A stretch of 64,000 bases of DNA from Fistulifera solaris. Its lineage: Eukaryota. Shown piece by piece: positions 12,136 through 28,012 of the stretch (the first letter of the stretch is position 1; the number at the start of each line of letters is the position of its first letter). The stretch is taken from positions 620,001 to 684,000 of the forward strand of contig AP026136.1 in the NCBI GenBank assembly GCA_030295235.1, in the 5' to 3' direction. A program made the position numbers and the translations under genes. Below the pieces are notes generated by a model. It was given only the letters and a program-made list of their open reading frames with translations, had not been told where the DNA came from and searched no databases.

Positions 12136-13301
12136 TCATTGCTTGGCAATGTCGACATCGGGCCATTCGCGCCACAAATGACACACGCCGCGGACGTCTT
12201 CTACGTCCTTGACGCCCTTCAAAAAGGCAGCGATCTGGTCCAATTCTCGGTCTTTGGGATCGTCAATAAAAGACGAGCAATCGATAGCATTTTCCGGGTG
12301 GAATGAATAGGAGCTGGGAGAGTTATCAATAATGATAGCCTGAGAAAGATCCCGGTCGAGTAGCGACAAGTCTTTGACATAGTTTCCTTCGTAATAAACA
12401 CAAGACTCGCGAAAGAGGCGTGTTCGAATCACTCGTTCTGGATCCAGAAGATCTAGAAGAGGGTCGGCGTACTTATTCAAACTTGCCGTGTAAATCACAA
12501 TTTCGTAGTGCTTGGCCATTTCAACAAGAAACTCGTCAACACCGGGGCGTTTCATTACATATACAAAGTGCACAACATCTTCAATCTGAGGAAAGGAACA
12601 AAGGATGAGATAAAGCACAGAGACTGATGTGAAAGAGCGCTACTATTACTCACCTGTACAGGAATGACAAAATCGGCGCCAGGAACAGCGCGGAAACTGG
12701 AGTGAACGAGCGTTTCGTCCAAGTCCAGCACCAAACACTTCTTCCCAGTATCATCCGGATGAATATCAGGGAGAAGTCCAGCACGACCACAATCGATGAT
12801 AGAATCCTTGCTTTTCGCGGGTTCCATGGATGATTGTACTGTCTCCCGGTCGTCGGTGTCGGAGAGAAGACAGCAACACATGGACCGAAAGCTGTCGAGG
12901 AACGCGTCTGTGCAACTATCTAACGATTCCGGCTCCTCTGTAAGCTTTCCGTCTTTATTGACGTGGAGATGGGGCTTCATACCGCTGGGGTGTTCCAGAC
13001 GAGCATCCTTGACAGCCGTGGCAGATCGAGGTGTTGATGCGTTTCCGTAACGATCCGTTTGAGTGATAAAGTCTGGAATGGCTGCTTCTTCTGCACTATC
13101 TTTCGGCACAACAATCGGGGATTTTCGTTGACCAGGTGAACGTAAGTCGCCATTGCTGCGCACTCCGTATTGAGGAGACGGAGTCGAAGCCGCAGTTCGT
13201 GGGGTGTTGTTGTATTCATCATCTCCGAGTTTCGTATCCACCTGCAAATTACGTTTGCTCATTTTTGACGTTACATGTCCAGAGCTAGTCCTAGACACCA
13301 T
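12136..13301 (-). CDS. CTD small phosphatase / NIF-family HAD phosphatase (SCP/Psr1-like)
   Basis: [33 protein letters not shown] and YVKDLSLL motifs. Intron at about 12588-12652. Start codon uncertain. Confidence 0.92.
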
Positions 13302-14763
13302 ATTCCGGTCAGGCCGTTCTGATTCCGGAGCAATACGACGCTGCGTCCGGGAACGAACGGCTCTGGAACCCGATTCTTGCTGATCGTTATCGATTTTTTC
13401 CGCTAGGTAACTGCGGCTTGAGCGAGCGGAAGAAGCGTTCTCCTTGTAGTGGCGCAATCTTTCTGTCCTTTGATCAGCTGGTAAAATTCAAGGATATCAA
13501 GATGAAAGGCAACAAGAAAAGGTGAGTACTTTGATTGAAAAGGAACTGAGAAAAAAGCATCGAAGGCGTTGGGCGGTTGTTTCGAAGGGCGGTGTACGGT
13601 GGAGTGTTGAAGTGTCACGGTGTAAGGACGAAATCGGCCGCGAGGTATTTAGTACCGTCGGACGAGTTCAACTGAAGCTTTATAGTAGAAAAATTTCCGT
13701 TGAGCGAGCCCGCCTTCCTCACCGTTCAAAACACCCTCCGTTTCCGTTTGGCGTTCACCCTCCGCAACACGAGTTGCCGAATAATAACGACAATGAAAAT
13801 GGACCAAGCATCTCGTCAAGGAACATCGAGAAAACAAAATTTACGATAAACAACCGATGATCATCAACTACTTGAATATTCTGCACTAAGCGCGCTCCGA
13901 ACGATGCTCGGTAGGTTGTGTTTCTCACCTGTCATGATAAATTGGCTCGACGCGCTAAGCAATTTAACTCTTGAAAAACTATCTCCGAATCCAATTCTAT
14001 GTTCGTCAAAACGGACCCGTCGAAACGATTTGTGAAAGGAAAATCAATTCAGAAATGATCTTTCTTTCTCCTTTAGATTCCACGCTGTACGATGTGGGAA
14101 CAGCAAATGACTGAATGAGGTTTGGAAATCGGCCACCAGAATTTTTAGGTTGACTTTTTGGTGTAGCAGTTGGAGTGGTTGAACGTTGAACGCTCCGGCG
14201 TACTCCAAAGCGCATCCCCAACTGTCTCAGTCCATTTTCAAATACAAACTTTCGGCGTTGAAAATTTTCTATTTAAAAGATTTGTATGTAGTATCGCTAA
14301 GTATTGTGAATGCTCTTTTAAATACGAAAAACTGTTTGCCGTTGAACAGATTGTGACTGTTCTATTTAAACCGTCACGTTTCAAACACGAGCTGCTACAT
14401 CATCGTTCCTATCGTCTGTCCTGCACCCGAACATTATGTTGTTTTTGTCAACGGTAACGCTCTCCTTAATAAACTTATCTCCCTACCCAATGAGGTTATG
14501 CTTATGCGACATAGACTTAGTGCGAACTCAATGCTGTAGACCTGCACTATTAAAGAGATAGCGCCGCTGGGTAATTAAAAAATTATTCAATGAATCAATT
14601 TTATAAGCTTCAGGAATGTCTCTCACGTTCCTGGGGGTTCGTCCAATTGTCATGGCGGCAAATTTGACCTTCGGTAGTTTCAGAAACCTGGAAACTGAAT
14701 GCCATAAATTCGTTTTGCGACAATCAAAGTTGTCGGTAATGCCATGATTATCTTTTGACAAGA

Positions 14764-15252
14764 TCATAATTCATTACTCGCTTCTGCACGTTCCAATACC
14801 AATTTCGGCGTCAGACTCACCGCTTCATGTCCCGTGGCCCACCCCGCCCAAACCACTACGTCATCGCTATTTCCATCCACTTGCAGAGTGACCGGCGTGT
14901 CATGCCGAGCCGCATGAGCGCGACGACCTTCGCACATGTTGGCGGGAACGAACCGAGCCCCTTCGGAAACTTCCATGACGTACTGCACATTTTGTGATTG
15001 CAACGAATCCGGAACGTGCAATCGCAATTGAAACGTCTGTTCTTTCTCAAACGTCAAACTCTCACGAATCCATTCGTCGGTCCCCGACAATCGACCCATA
15101 ATTTCCACTCCCGGTACTTTGGCCTGTTCGGGTCGAAGAACATCGTAATTCATGATGATTTCGTCCGAATCGAGCTCAACGTAACACTTGAGCCAAGCCG
15201 CAAAGCCCGCCGCTGGCTCGAACCACACGCTCAGAAACAGCAATATCCTCAT
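14764..15252 (-). CDS. Small secretory-pathway protein, possibly Reeler-like, with C-terminal SNEL (ER-retention-like)
   Basis: Signal peptide MRILLFLSVWFEPAAG, a beta-rich domain with two Cys and VVWAGWATGHEAV, ending in -NEL. The Reeler assignment is tentative. Confidence 0.65.
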   Translation of the reverse strand: MRILLFLSVWFEPAAGFAAWLKCYVELDSDEIIMNYDVLRPEQAKVPGVEIMGRLSGTDEWIRESLTFEKEQTFQLRLHVPDSLQSQNVQYVMEVSEGARFVPANMCEGRRAHAARHDTPVTLQVDGNSDDVVVWAGWATGHEAVSLTPKLVLERAEASNEL

Positions 15253-15615
15253 TCCCCAGTGTGAGAGTTTTGCAGAAAAACAATACAATGGCCAATCTTC
15301 TGGTTTGGATCTGAAACGCCGCCCCAGCGCAACAAAAAATTGCATCCAAATCCGAAATTGACATTTGCGGTTTTTAGTTGCCACTTTCTGCGGTCGGGGT
15401 CGGGGTTCGGGGTCATTGTTAATAGTATCAACGTCACAGTATAAGTTCCAAGTGTAGCCTGTAGAGTGGCGCACGACATTACCGTTGTTGCGTCTTGCGT
15501 CGGAGGCATCGGCGCGGTTCGACGTTGAGCTGCGTTATTTGCATCAATTTGATGAAAAAAAAGAGTATAACGTTCCTCTTCATTCTTGCCTACAAGCAAG
15601 TCATACACGAACACA

Positions 15616-18139
<2,524 letters not shown>

Positions 18140-18258
18140 AATGGAATACAAGAGCTGCTTGTAACGAGTTTAAGTTTAGCAACTTCTTACTTTTACGTTT
18201 GAAACTCATTTTTGAGCGAGCTACCCAACCAGGTTGAGAGGATAACTATCGTTGTGCA

Positions 18259-19501
18259 CTAGACAGATTGATAGCCACGCCGCCGCATGTTGTTCCACGG
18301 CCTTGTGAAAGCCACAGCCATAGAAAAGGAAACAACAACCAGTAACAAAGGAAGAATTTGGAGGAAGGACATTGGCAACGAAGTACCGACTCCAGATAAG
18401 GATGCCACCCAAGTGGTTGCCAGTATTGCATTCAAATCACCAAAGACAAGACGCTGCGTCCATGTTCTAGTTTCACCTGGAGCCAAGTGCAACAAAAACT
18501 GGGGTTCCGGCGAAAGGGTACCTCGTTCCACGTACAAATTGTAGGCATACATTTCGTTGTTTTGCAGTTCATGCAGGGTTGACTCGATGGTAGTACCACA
18601 CGCTTCCAGACGAAATGCACCCGTTGTCTTTCCGTCATTGAGAAACTCGGACTTTATTCGCGGACCTGGTGGAATGGCATCCTGCCATTCGATGCGAATG
18701 GATCTGACTTTTTTGATTACACGAGCATAGGTTCGCAGAGGCGTCGACCATGACCAAGTTCCCGGTTCTTCATACACCGGATCACGGTTCTCACCCGCTA
18801 AATCCATTTCAAGGGCATATCCAGGTCCGACCGCATCTCCATCGCAGGTAAAAAAAGTTATGGGAATACCAAACAGTCGAAAACGCATCTTGCCCCAAAT
18901 TGGTCAAACTCGTCGTGACCGCCAAAGTACTTCCCGTCAAGGAAATTTCCTTAACCAACTTATACCCATACTGTCTCAATCGAATTTCTTGCTTCATTTT
19001 GACGGATGTAGGACCCGCCGCTTCCATTTTCCATTGCGGTTCTTCAGCAAATAAGTAAGGACTGTTGAATTTGTAATCCCCCGCCGAATCACATTCCGGA
19101 CAAGTTCCTTTCAACAATATTCCTACACCAATTTTGAGAAAGGGTTCTCCCAATTTGGCTTCCGTATATCCCAATACACCATTCGTTATATCACTCCCCT
19201 GTTGCCAACCACAATGAAAGAAACAAAACGCTCCATTGTCTCCGACCCCAAATTCTGCGGCCAATCCGACACCACTTTCGGGCCAGTGCTCATTGTGCGG
19301 AATTCTCCACATATCGGTTTCAAACAGTGTATGATGCCGACCATCGGGCGTGGTTCGTTTCACGGAACCGATCATTGAGGAATGGTCAAAACGACTGCCA
19401 GCGTAAAACGAAGTATCTTTCAAATCGGTCCGGAGACTTTCGGGGAGATACACGACCACCGAAAGTTCTCCCGTGTCTAATGTAAGATTAGCATAATGCA
19501 T
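18259..19501 (-). CDS. Uncharacterised galactose-mutarotase-like fold protein with C-terminal TM anchor
   Basis: YLP..FYAGSRFD, LGY.EAK.GEPFLKIGVG, SLTNLG and WYSHNFF motifs. Frameshift in the A-run near 18855 joins it to the 18259-18888 ORF. A hydrophobic C-terminal helix is followed by RRRG. The 5' end may extend further upstream. Confidence 0.65.
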
Positions 19502-19898
19502 TATTCACCGAATGAAGAGAATACAGGTAGGGATTGAATATGTTGCTAGAGGTTCGTGTTAGCTGGAGTTCTCGTTCTTTGGATGTTTGATTTTCAAAAA
19601 GATACAAGGGGTATCACATCCCGATGAGAAGAAGGTTCTTCGGCTGGGGCCGGAGCAGGCTTTTTCCGCAGGACATTCCGAGGGTCATAGTAAACATGTA
19701 GGAGCGTTTCGCGAAAAGATTCTGTGCATCGTATCCAAGGACAGACGCTAAAACAGTTTGTCTGAATAACTCTAACTCTAACTAAACCTTGTGCGCTGGG
19801 AACACGTCACGCGTGAAAAAAAAACACGCAACGAGCAACGACGACGGATGAATGCATAACAAGCTATTCACATAATAGATTAAATGAGACGAAACAAG

Positions 19899-20680
19899 AT
19901 GGCCTTCTTCAAACCGAATTCCCTTTTCTTTCTACTGTTGTTTTCGAGTCGAATAATAGAAGCATGGCTGCATCAAGCCAGGTCAAGACCAAATGATTTT
20001 ATTCGCAATTCCTTTTCTCGCACCCTCATGTCGTCCTCTCCTAGAGACGACAACAGCGAAGAATCCAACAATAACAAACTAGATCCGGCGAGACTTGGCT
20101 TTGATGCCCGAAAAACAGTCCTCTCGATCCAACGACCGCTCAGCCGTCCGTGCTCGCGCGTTTCACATCACCCCGCATCGACGATCCCTATTTGCCCCTT
20201 TCCGATGTATTGATTGCCCAAATTGTCGCTCCCGGTCTACAAGTGGTATGGCTCAGTATCAATCACGCACCTTCTCCTTCCTGGATCAAGCCGTTCTTTG
20301 GATACGCCGGTCCGGGGTCTCTGTTGGCTCCGACTTTGGTGCACGGAGCGGCGTTGGCGACTTGTTTTGTTGTGGGGGCACTGGCCGCAAAAGCGTACGA
20401 GTTGGATGCCATTGTGCCGCGAAAAAATAATGAAACGACCTGGGATTATACGAATGTAGTCGCACGTGTTCTACAAGCCGGTGCGTTTGCGAGTGGTGTC
20501 TTGATATTAGGGACTCAAATGGATTTGTACACGCATTACGGATACGTGCAACTGGGCGATTCGCCCGAGACCGATTTTCGTTTACAAGTGGCTGCCGTAG
20601 AATTGTCGAACGATATTGTGTTTGAAGCGGTGTCCTTACTGGGATGGCGACTTTATTTGGCGAAACAAGGGGAGAGATAG
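19899..20680 (+). CDS. Putative plastid-targeted membrane protein of unknown function
   Basis: Signal peptide ..IIEA-W followed by an S/R-rich transit-like region. Frameshift near 20110 into a 176-aa ORF with several hydrophobic helices. Confidence 0.65.
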
Positions 20681-20973
20681 TGTACAGGAAGCGCCGAGAA
20701 AAAGCGATCAACCAATTTTCATAAGGAAAAGGTTTGCTAATTCTAGACTATACGGACTAGACAGCTCATAATCGGTATATGGGGTTTCTGATTTATGGTC
20801 GGAATCCTACCATTCGCATTAACAAGTAATTCTATTATTGATTATGAGGATGTCAGTCTCAATCGACGATGTGCTGTCGGCACATCACCTACACATGAAA
20901 TGCTATAGCGAGGAATCTATTCCATTTTGCTCTACATTATAGTGTTTTCATTCTATCAAAAAGTCGTAAGCTT

Positions 20974-21722
20974 TCACTTCAGACTACGAAGTTGCTTGCG
21001 AGCATTCAGCAGTTGCTCCGCCTCACGAAACTGTTTCCATTTGAGCACGGGTCGAAGGTTTGGATCTAATTCAATAGCCCTGCGCACAATATGAAGGCTC
21101 TTCAACGTATTGCCTTGCTTCATTTCAAAGAGTGCAAATGCTTGCAGCACTTTCGCGGAACAAGCGCATTCGTCATCCGTGTGCAGGACCAAGCGGAAAA
21201 AAAGAAAGAAAAGACTTCACGAGTCTTGGTGGCTAGGTACCCTTCGCGCTGTAAGTGTAGTGCGAGTAATAGAGTAGTAACGGCAAGTTTCGCATGTCCG
21301 CATTCTTCGTCTGCTTCGGCGGCAACCAGATCATCGATTATGCGACGATAGATGATCTCAGCGTGCGCGGGTTTGCCGTCTTTGATCTTTCTCAAGGCAA
21401 AGTAGTGTTTATTGGCCAAGTCAACATAATTATCGGGGTCTTCTTGCATTTGCTGACCCAGAGCTCGTCGTCTTTCTTCGCGCATGACTTTGGAATAGTA
21501 GAGAATTGCTTGATCAATCCATTCCTTTCTTTGTTGCTCTCGTCTCGATTCCTGTAAACGAGGAGCTGAACTCTCACAGATTTCGGCTAGCTCGCCGTAA
21601 TTTGCGAAGCGTAGAGGTGTTCGGGCAGGAGCCATTGCCGGATATGATTGAGAAGGTGCGAACGCAGATGCGAACAGCGGAACTGAAGAAAAGGCCAAGA
21701 GAAGTTGTATCGTCGCCAACAT
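20974..21722 (-). CDS. Plastid-targeted TPR/HAT-repeat protein
   Basis: Canonical FASAFAP cleavage motif and a HAT-like repeat (VLQAFALFEMKQG..SLHIVRRAIELDP). Frameshift in the T-run near 21200. Confidence 0.75.
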
Positions 21723-23228
21723 CGGCAGAAAAGACTTCCGAGAAAGGTTAAAGTGAATCATCTCGAAAATTTAATTAACGAGGAAAGAGCTTGCAGATAA
21801 AAGCGAGGACTTTGAGGTCGTTGGCGTCTTGAAAAAGTGAATAGAACTATCAGGATGGGAAAGCATCTGTCATTTCGTGCAAAAAAGAATTTTCCCAAAA
21901 GAAGTTCAAGCGAATGCATGTGAAACGTGTACTCCGGGCGCGTGTTGTCTGACACGTTTATTCAAACGGTCGAGAGTCATGAGGTTCAGTATAGATTTTA
22001 AAGTACAAATAACAGAACCGGTACGAATGGTCTTGGCGGCGGTTGCACCCATCCGCGAGATTGACACGCGATGGCCGTGCGTTTCTCCTGGCGCGGCACG
22101 AGTCGGGCCTGTTGCCACGGATTCTTGCTGATGCATGCGCCCAACGCATCTATGGTGAAAGGACCATAACGACTCATCATTAGCAATAAACCATTACCAT
22201 TTCACCGTTAGCGATTCAATGAAAATTAAAGAAAGGCATAATGAATATTGCATTTATTGTTAAGGAGCGAAAGTCTCATGTCTACACTTAGAAAGTTGCT
22301 CACCACCCACACGACGATGCAGTTTTCTGAAATTCCGCGGGGTTGCACCAAGGCGGGAGCCGATAAAGTGATACCCAATTGATTTCCTAGAGCATTCATT
22401 TGTCTAATCATCAGGGCAAAAAAGAATTTACCGTGACTGACAATGCATTTGAATCAGAAAATCGTTGAGTCTTCTTTCTACGCGATAGTAAACTTTAATG
22501 TCAATGTCACACAAGACACAAGCGAGTGAATCATAATCGACATACCTCATGCCTTCAACATTATCAACAGCAATGACATTCAATTCATCGCAATTGAAAC
22601 ATGTTCTTAATCTGATTGAACCGGAAACTGTAAAACCAACTTTTTACGTAGTATTGGGCATCGAAACCAATTTCAAGCAAGGGCATCGACGCAATTGATT
22701 CCTGTAACACCATCAACAACAATTTTAGTGACACTATATTTCAAGTTGATATCGTCTTAAGATATTCTTGTGTCTATGTTCGTGCTTGGAAGAGTATTTA
22801 TTGAAATGAATGCGATTGCCCGAGACTGAAATGAGACTGAGTCGGGAGTCGGGAAACTATTCCTTCTACTCTTTACATAGAAGTATCGTCAGTTTTGTGC
22901 GGATGCCGTATGTCATTCTGTGCCATGTCCGCAAAACTTGTGACGTATGAAGGCTAATGTCGTGTTGGCGTCTCAATTTTCGAATGGAATCCGACAGGGT
23001 TACCTCGTTTCAATGATACATTAAGGGTCTATAGTGTCTATTGTAAACTTGAGCATTTACTTTCTTTGAAATTCCTTGCGCCGACACGTACGTTGCAATA
23101 GCAACAGCTCTCTTTAGAAGCAACAACAACATCACCTTGGCTTCGGGTTAGAGACGTTCCCTATTAAGTTGGTAATTTGCAAACTCAAGGTGCTCCAAGC
23201 GATACCTTTTCACTGTGCATATATAACT

Positions 23229-24681
23229 ATGAAGTTCTCTTGCGCAGCATCCTTCTTGTTCATTGCTTCGGCAGCTGCCTTCGCTCCTTCCGGCATCTCC
23301 AACAGACAGGTAGGTTTGCCGTTAGCATCCGAGATAATTTACAATTGACAATTCTCTTTAATATCGAGACTCTTTGGAAGCAACAACACTTTTCAAAAGA
23401 ACGTCTCGCGATATGCTTGGTTGGCTATCCTAACATGTTTGCTTTTGAATTTCAGGCAACTGCCATCTTCAGTGACCCCAACCAAAATCCTTTCGGTAAC
23501 CAACCATCGATCCAATGGGGTGGCAATGATAGTGATCCAAATGCCAAAACAATTCGTCTTCGTGAACGTCTCAACGAGGCCGACACCGAGCGTCGTAAGG
23601 CAGAAGAGGAGGCTCTTCAGCGTGAACGTGCTGCTGAAATCCGACGTGAGGAACGAATGAGAAAAATTGCTTACATGCAACAAATGCCGGACAATCAGCC
23701 GGCCGGTACTGGTGAGTACGCGCGTGCATATTCTCATTATTTATTTTTGAAGAATTAGAGTCTAACACACGCCTATTTTCAGTTGAAGAATTCATGTTCA
23801 AAGAGGGTGTCCAAGATCAGCTAGATAAACTGGACCGTGAGTTGGTCGGCTTACTCCCCGTCAAGAAGCGTGTCAAGGAAATCGCCGCTTTGCTCGTTTT
23901 GGATAAGATGCGCCGTAAGTTAGGCTTCGAAACGTCGGTTCCTTCGCTGCACATGTGCTTCACTGGAGCACCGGGAACCGGAAAGACCACCGTTGCCGTT
24001 CGAATGGGACAAATTCTGGCAAAGATGGGTTACTCTCGCCAGGGACACGTTGTGCTAGCGACTCGTGATGATCTAGTGGGTCAGTATGTGGGTCACACCG
24101 CCCCCAAGACCAAGGAAATGATCAAGAAGGCTATGGGTGGTGTTCTTCTTGTCGATGAAGCTTATTATCTTTACAACGCGGCGAACGATCGTGATTACGG
24201 TCAAGAATCTATTGAGATTTTGCTGAATGTGATGGAAACGCAGCAAGATGATCTTGTGGTCGCCTTGGCTGGTTATAAGGACCGCATGGATAAGTTCTTC
24301 TCGTACATTCCGGGTATGATGTCTCGTATCGGTAACCACATTGACTTTCCGAACTATTCGGCGGAGGAGTTGGTCCAGATTGCGTCGGTCATGGCTGGGC
24401 AGCTGGAGTATGATATTGACAACAACGCGTACAATACATTCTACCAATACATCCAGAAGCGCATGGAGCTTCCTTATTTCTCGAATGCCCGTACTGTGCG
24501 AAACGCCATGGACCGTGCTCGAATGAACTCTGCTATCCGAACGTTCGATCGTTTCGCTATTCGTGGTGAAAATGGAGGTGTATGCACGGTCCAAGACTTA
24601 AAGAGCATCACTTCAGAAGATTTCCAAGTTCTTTTGGACGACATCCTTTATGCTGATGCCGACAAACGTATTTTCGCGTAA
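23229..24681 (+). CDS. cbbX: Nuclear-encoded, plastid-targeted CbbX (red-type Rubisco activase, AAA+)
   Basis: Exons 23229-23309, 23456-23711 and 23783-24681 with GT-AG introns. Presequence MKFSCAASFLFIASAAAFAP. Core motifs LDRELVGL.PVK, LHMCFTGAPGTGKT, DEAYYL and RDYGQESIEILL. Confidence 0.95.
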
Positions 24682-24749
24682 ATCTATCTAGCCATTAGTT
24701 GGTAATCGTTTTCCTTAGTGATAACCGGTTTCATTAAAATAGGCAGAAA

Positions 24750-27612
24750 TCAATTTTCATCGTTTCTTGCTTCTTTTCTTCGTTGATTGATGAGTGTTCT
24801 GCCTGGCATATCCTTTTGCTTTCCCCGTGCTCATGTGCTGTAAGCTATATTGAATACGTTGAAAAGCATCATTCCTGCCTTGTGAAACTGGAGACTGGGT
24901 CGGCATTTTCTTTACTTTCTTCTTCTAAAAGGACAATCATTTCAAAGTTAGCATCATTCTTACATTCATCTTGTTCGTGTCAGTCGTAGACATACCTTTC
25001 CTTGATCCAGCATGGAATCCCAACGGTCCAAAAACATCTTTCTCTTTCTGAATGTATCCTTCCGATCAAGTTGTTTCAAAAGGCTGCGCCGATTTTCATC
25101 CACTTTAAGTGCATTCTTTGAAGACGCACTGAGCTCACTTCGTACCGTTTCCGCAGCGCCTTCGTCTTCCCAGCCACCAACTGGTTTGTTTCCCAACAAT
25201 GAGAAATCGGCCTCTTTGTTTCGAATAGTTGTGGCCGGCTTCCAGGCCTTGTTCTTGGCCCGAGGTCCCAGCATCACCTCAACCTTGCCACGACCGGGGC
25301 CGCGGTCTAACACGATCTTTCTTTTCTTATTATCAGATTTTGGGAGCTTTTCCGCAACAAAAGATTCCGTACTTGAGTCGTTCATGCTTTTGGTAGGTGT
25401 CACCATAGGGCTAGCAATCGCCCTCGTCGAATCCAGACTTTTGTTGTTTCTGGAGCCGTCGTCATCTTCCCTTCACACTATCTGAAGTAGATCCGCTGTC
25501 CAATGAATCCTCCGAACCACTGGTGCTATTATCGCTGTCGGTGCTCTCTGGAGAAACTTTCACTTTATCATCGGCTTTCTCATTCTTGATCGGATGCGAA
25601 GTGGACGACGACGACGATGATGATGAAGATGATGATGAAGAAGAAGAAGATGAAGAGGAAAAGGAAGAGGAAGAAGAAAGTGCATTTGTGGCATTGTCTC
25701 TCGAATCTGAGCCAAAATGTTTCGGTGTTGCAACTATCTGCTTTGTAATTTGAGTCTCCTTTGACTGCAGAAGTGTTGCTTGCGGAGTTAACTCGATCAT
25801 TTCACTGAAGCTGCCAGAGCGGGTTCTCTCCCGTGCTTTCGCATGCTCGATGGCCTCCTCAGTCGACATCGATTTCATAGAACGCGGCGGGGGTTTCAAG
25901 GGCGGGGTTGGAAATTCAATCTTAACTTCTTTTCTTGAATAGAAGAGAAGGTATGCACCTTCCGTTTGTTGCAAAACATGTCGCTCCGAGACGCTTTCTA
26001 CGTAGGAATCATCCATATGGAACCAATTGTCACCGCTTGGATTCTTCACACAAGCTGTATAATGCCCCGAGCTAGCACTACCACCAACATGGATTACAAC
26101 GCCACTCAAAACGTAAGGGCACGACCTGTCATCGCTTAACGAAAGATCCATCGTGGCTGGAAACTTGATACTTCTTGTGATTTTCTTTCCAGACCCAAAG
26201 CGTCCGTTCAGACCCGGAGAGAACCCATGGAAGCCACTGTATGAGAATCGTTTCAATTGAACACAGAGTGAAAGTGGCGGTCGGAAAATAGTAAGCTGCT
26301 TTTGTGCACAAATGAGTTTATTGCACTTCGAACACTTCCATTTATTCTCTCGGTCGAGTATTTCTTTTCGCGTGTACTCTTGAAAAGCGTCCGAAAGGGT
26401 TTGGCACGACTTTTTACTGACCTCCAACGAGATGTCTAGGAAAGGATCGTACGTATTACTGCAATATCCACAACTAGTACATTTGACTTGGCTGCGCAAA
26501 TAACCGCCGAAAATGCGGTGTACAAAGGTTGTCTCATCTAGACGAGCAATAGGCAAACGATCACGCCACCCTCTGGCATGCTGGTTAATTCCGGCACCTC
26601 GAAGTTCACCATCATTCATCGCATCAAGTAAATAGACTAAAAATTCATGCGCGTCTTCTTGACGACCCGGTCGAAATTTGTAACCCTGACGGCTACCGCA
26701 GGCACTTAAAGACGGCACTGCCTTGACGATGGAACGAGGGGATATGGAAGTAACGCCGTTCACTCCACCGTGCATCTGTTGAAAAAGCTTACTGATAATA
26801 GCAGTAATTCTTTTTCCTTGATTTTCTTTCTTTGAATGGAATGTATCTTGCATCATGGGCGGCATCGACAAGAGTGACTGGGAAAACGGCGGCAGATAGG
26901 CCAGACACTGAATGGTGCTGTTCAAGAAGCACTGATACCAATACTCGGGTTAGATTCCAGTCCAGATCCTCAATCGAGAGAGTCACATTCATTGACTTAC
27001 TGTGTTCCCCAAGTTCATCAGACCCAGTGCTTTGGACGATTTCCGTTGCTTCAAGTAAGTCGAACTCCATTGGTACTTGGTTAACACAGTCCTCTCGTCA
27101 CACAATCCTCGTTGAGGAAGAGCCAATTCTCCATCCGTCGAATTGGCTCTCGGCCGACAGCCGACTTTATCCTTCACTACTTCTTCGATCGATTTGCCCG
27201 ACAGGTGTCCCATGGGCAGTTCACTTTCTCGCGAAGCATCATGGTCAGCCTGCGATGATACTACGGAGGGTGTAGAATCGGAATCGACTTTCGTTTTGCT
27301 AGATCTTCCATTCAAAATATCGTCGATCGACAGTTTGCTGAGGTTATCTCCTTTTTCTGATACGCTGGCATTACTTGGCGATGATTCTTTCGTTGAAGTT
27401 GTTGCGTGCCCATTCGCCAGATGCTTTCCAAATATGTAGGCAAAAATATTTCCTTTCTTGTCTTTCGGATACACAAAGTCCACAGTCGCCAAATGATTTT
27501 TTCGAATTGATCCGAATGTATCGACCGACTTTCGATGTTCTACGGATGCTTCCACCTTGTGTCCGTTCGATTTTTGCTTGTTTTTCTTTTTCTTAGAGCG
27601 GTGTTTCCCCAT
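24750..27612 (-). CDS. Ubiquitin-specific protease, USP36/USP42-like
   Basis: Cys box GLMNLGNT|C..NS split by an intron at about 26930-26995, QEDAHEFL, His box H.G.SASSGHY. C-terminal WDSMLDQGK|KKKVK is USP36-like. One indel near 25460. Confidence 0.9.
25601..25680. repeat. Imperfect GAC/GAT/GAA trinucleotide tract encoding poly-Ser in the USP
   Basis: GACGACGACGACGATGATGATGAAGATGATGATGAAGAAGAAGAAG... Confidence 0.85.
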
Positions 27613-28012
27613 ATTTTGTCACCAGTGAAACTGCAGATATCACTCAAGGTCAGGGCGAAGAAGGAAAGTTGCTGCTTGTCAATAAAATGATGATGATCAT
27701 CGTCTCACTTTGATCGATGGTTTCCAATGGCTCCCAACTCCCAACGCGAGCGATCAACACCAAAAGTTGGAATCTTCCGCACACTGTTTGCACAATATTC
27801 GAGTACTTCATTTGAGAAACGGTACGACTAGAAAACGGATTGTCAAGCACGATTTGAAAATCGCATCGGCGGCAAGAAAACGTATAAAACGACATGTCAA
27901 TGTTGTTGATGCAATAAATGATACGAATTACTCCGTATATGTGTTGCGACGATGAAAAGTAAAGAATCCTTTCAATAATAATAAACAGTCGACCGACGCT
28001 GGACCGCGGAAA

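Noticed and set aside
21800..23200. Short ORFs between the HAT gene and cbbX
   Set aside because: No coherent coding signal. Treated as divergent promoter/intergenic DNA.
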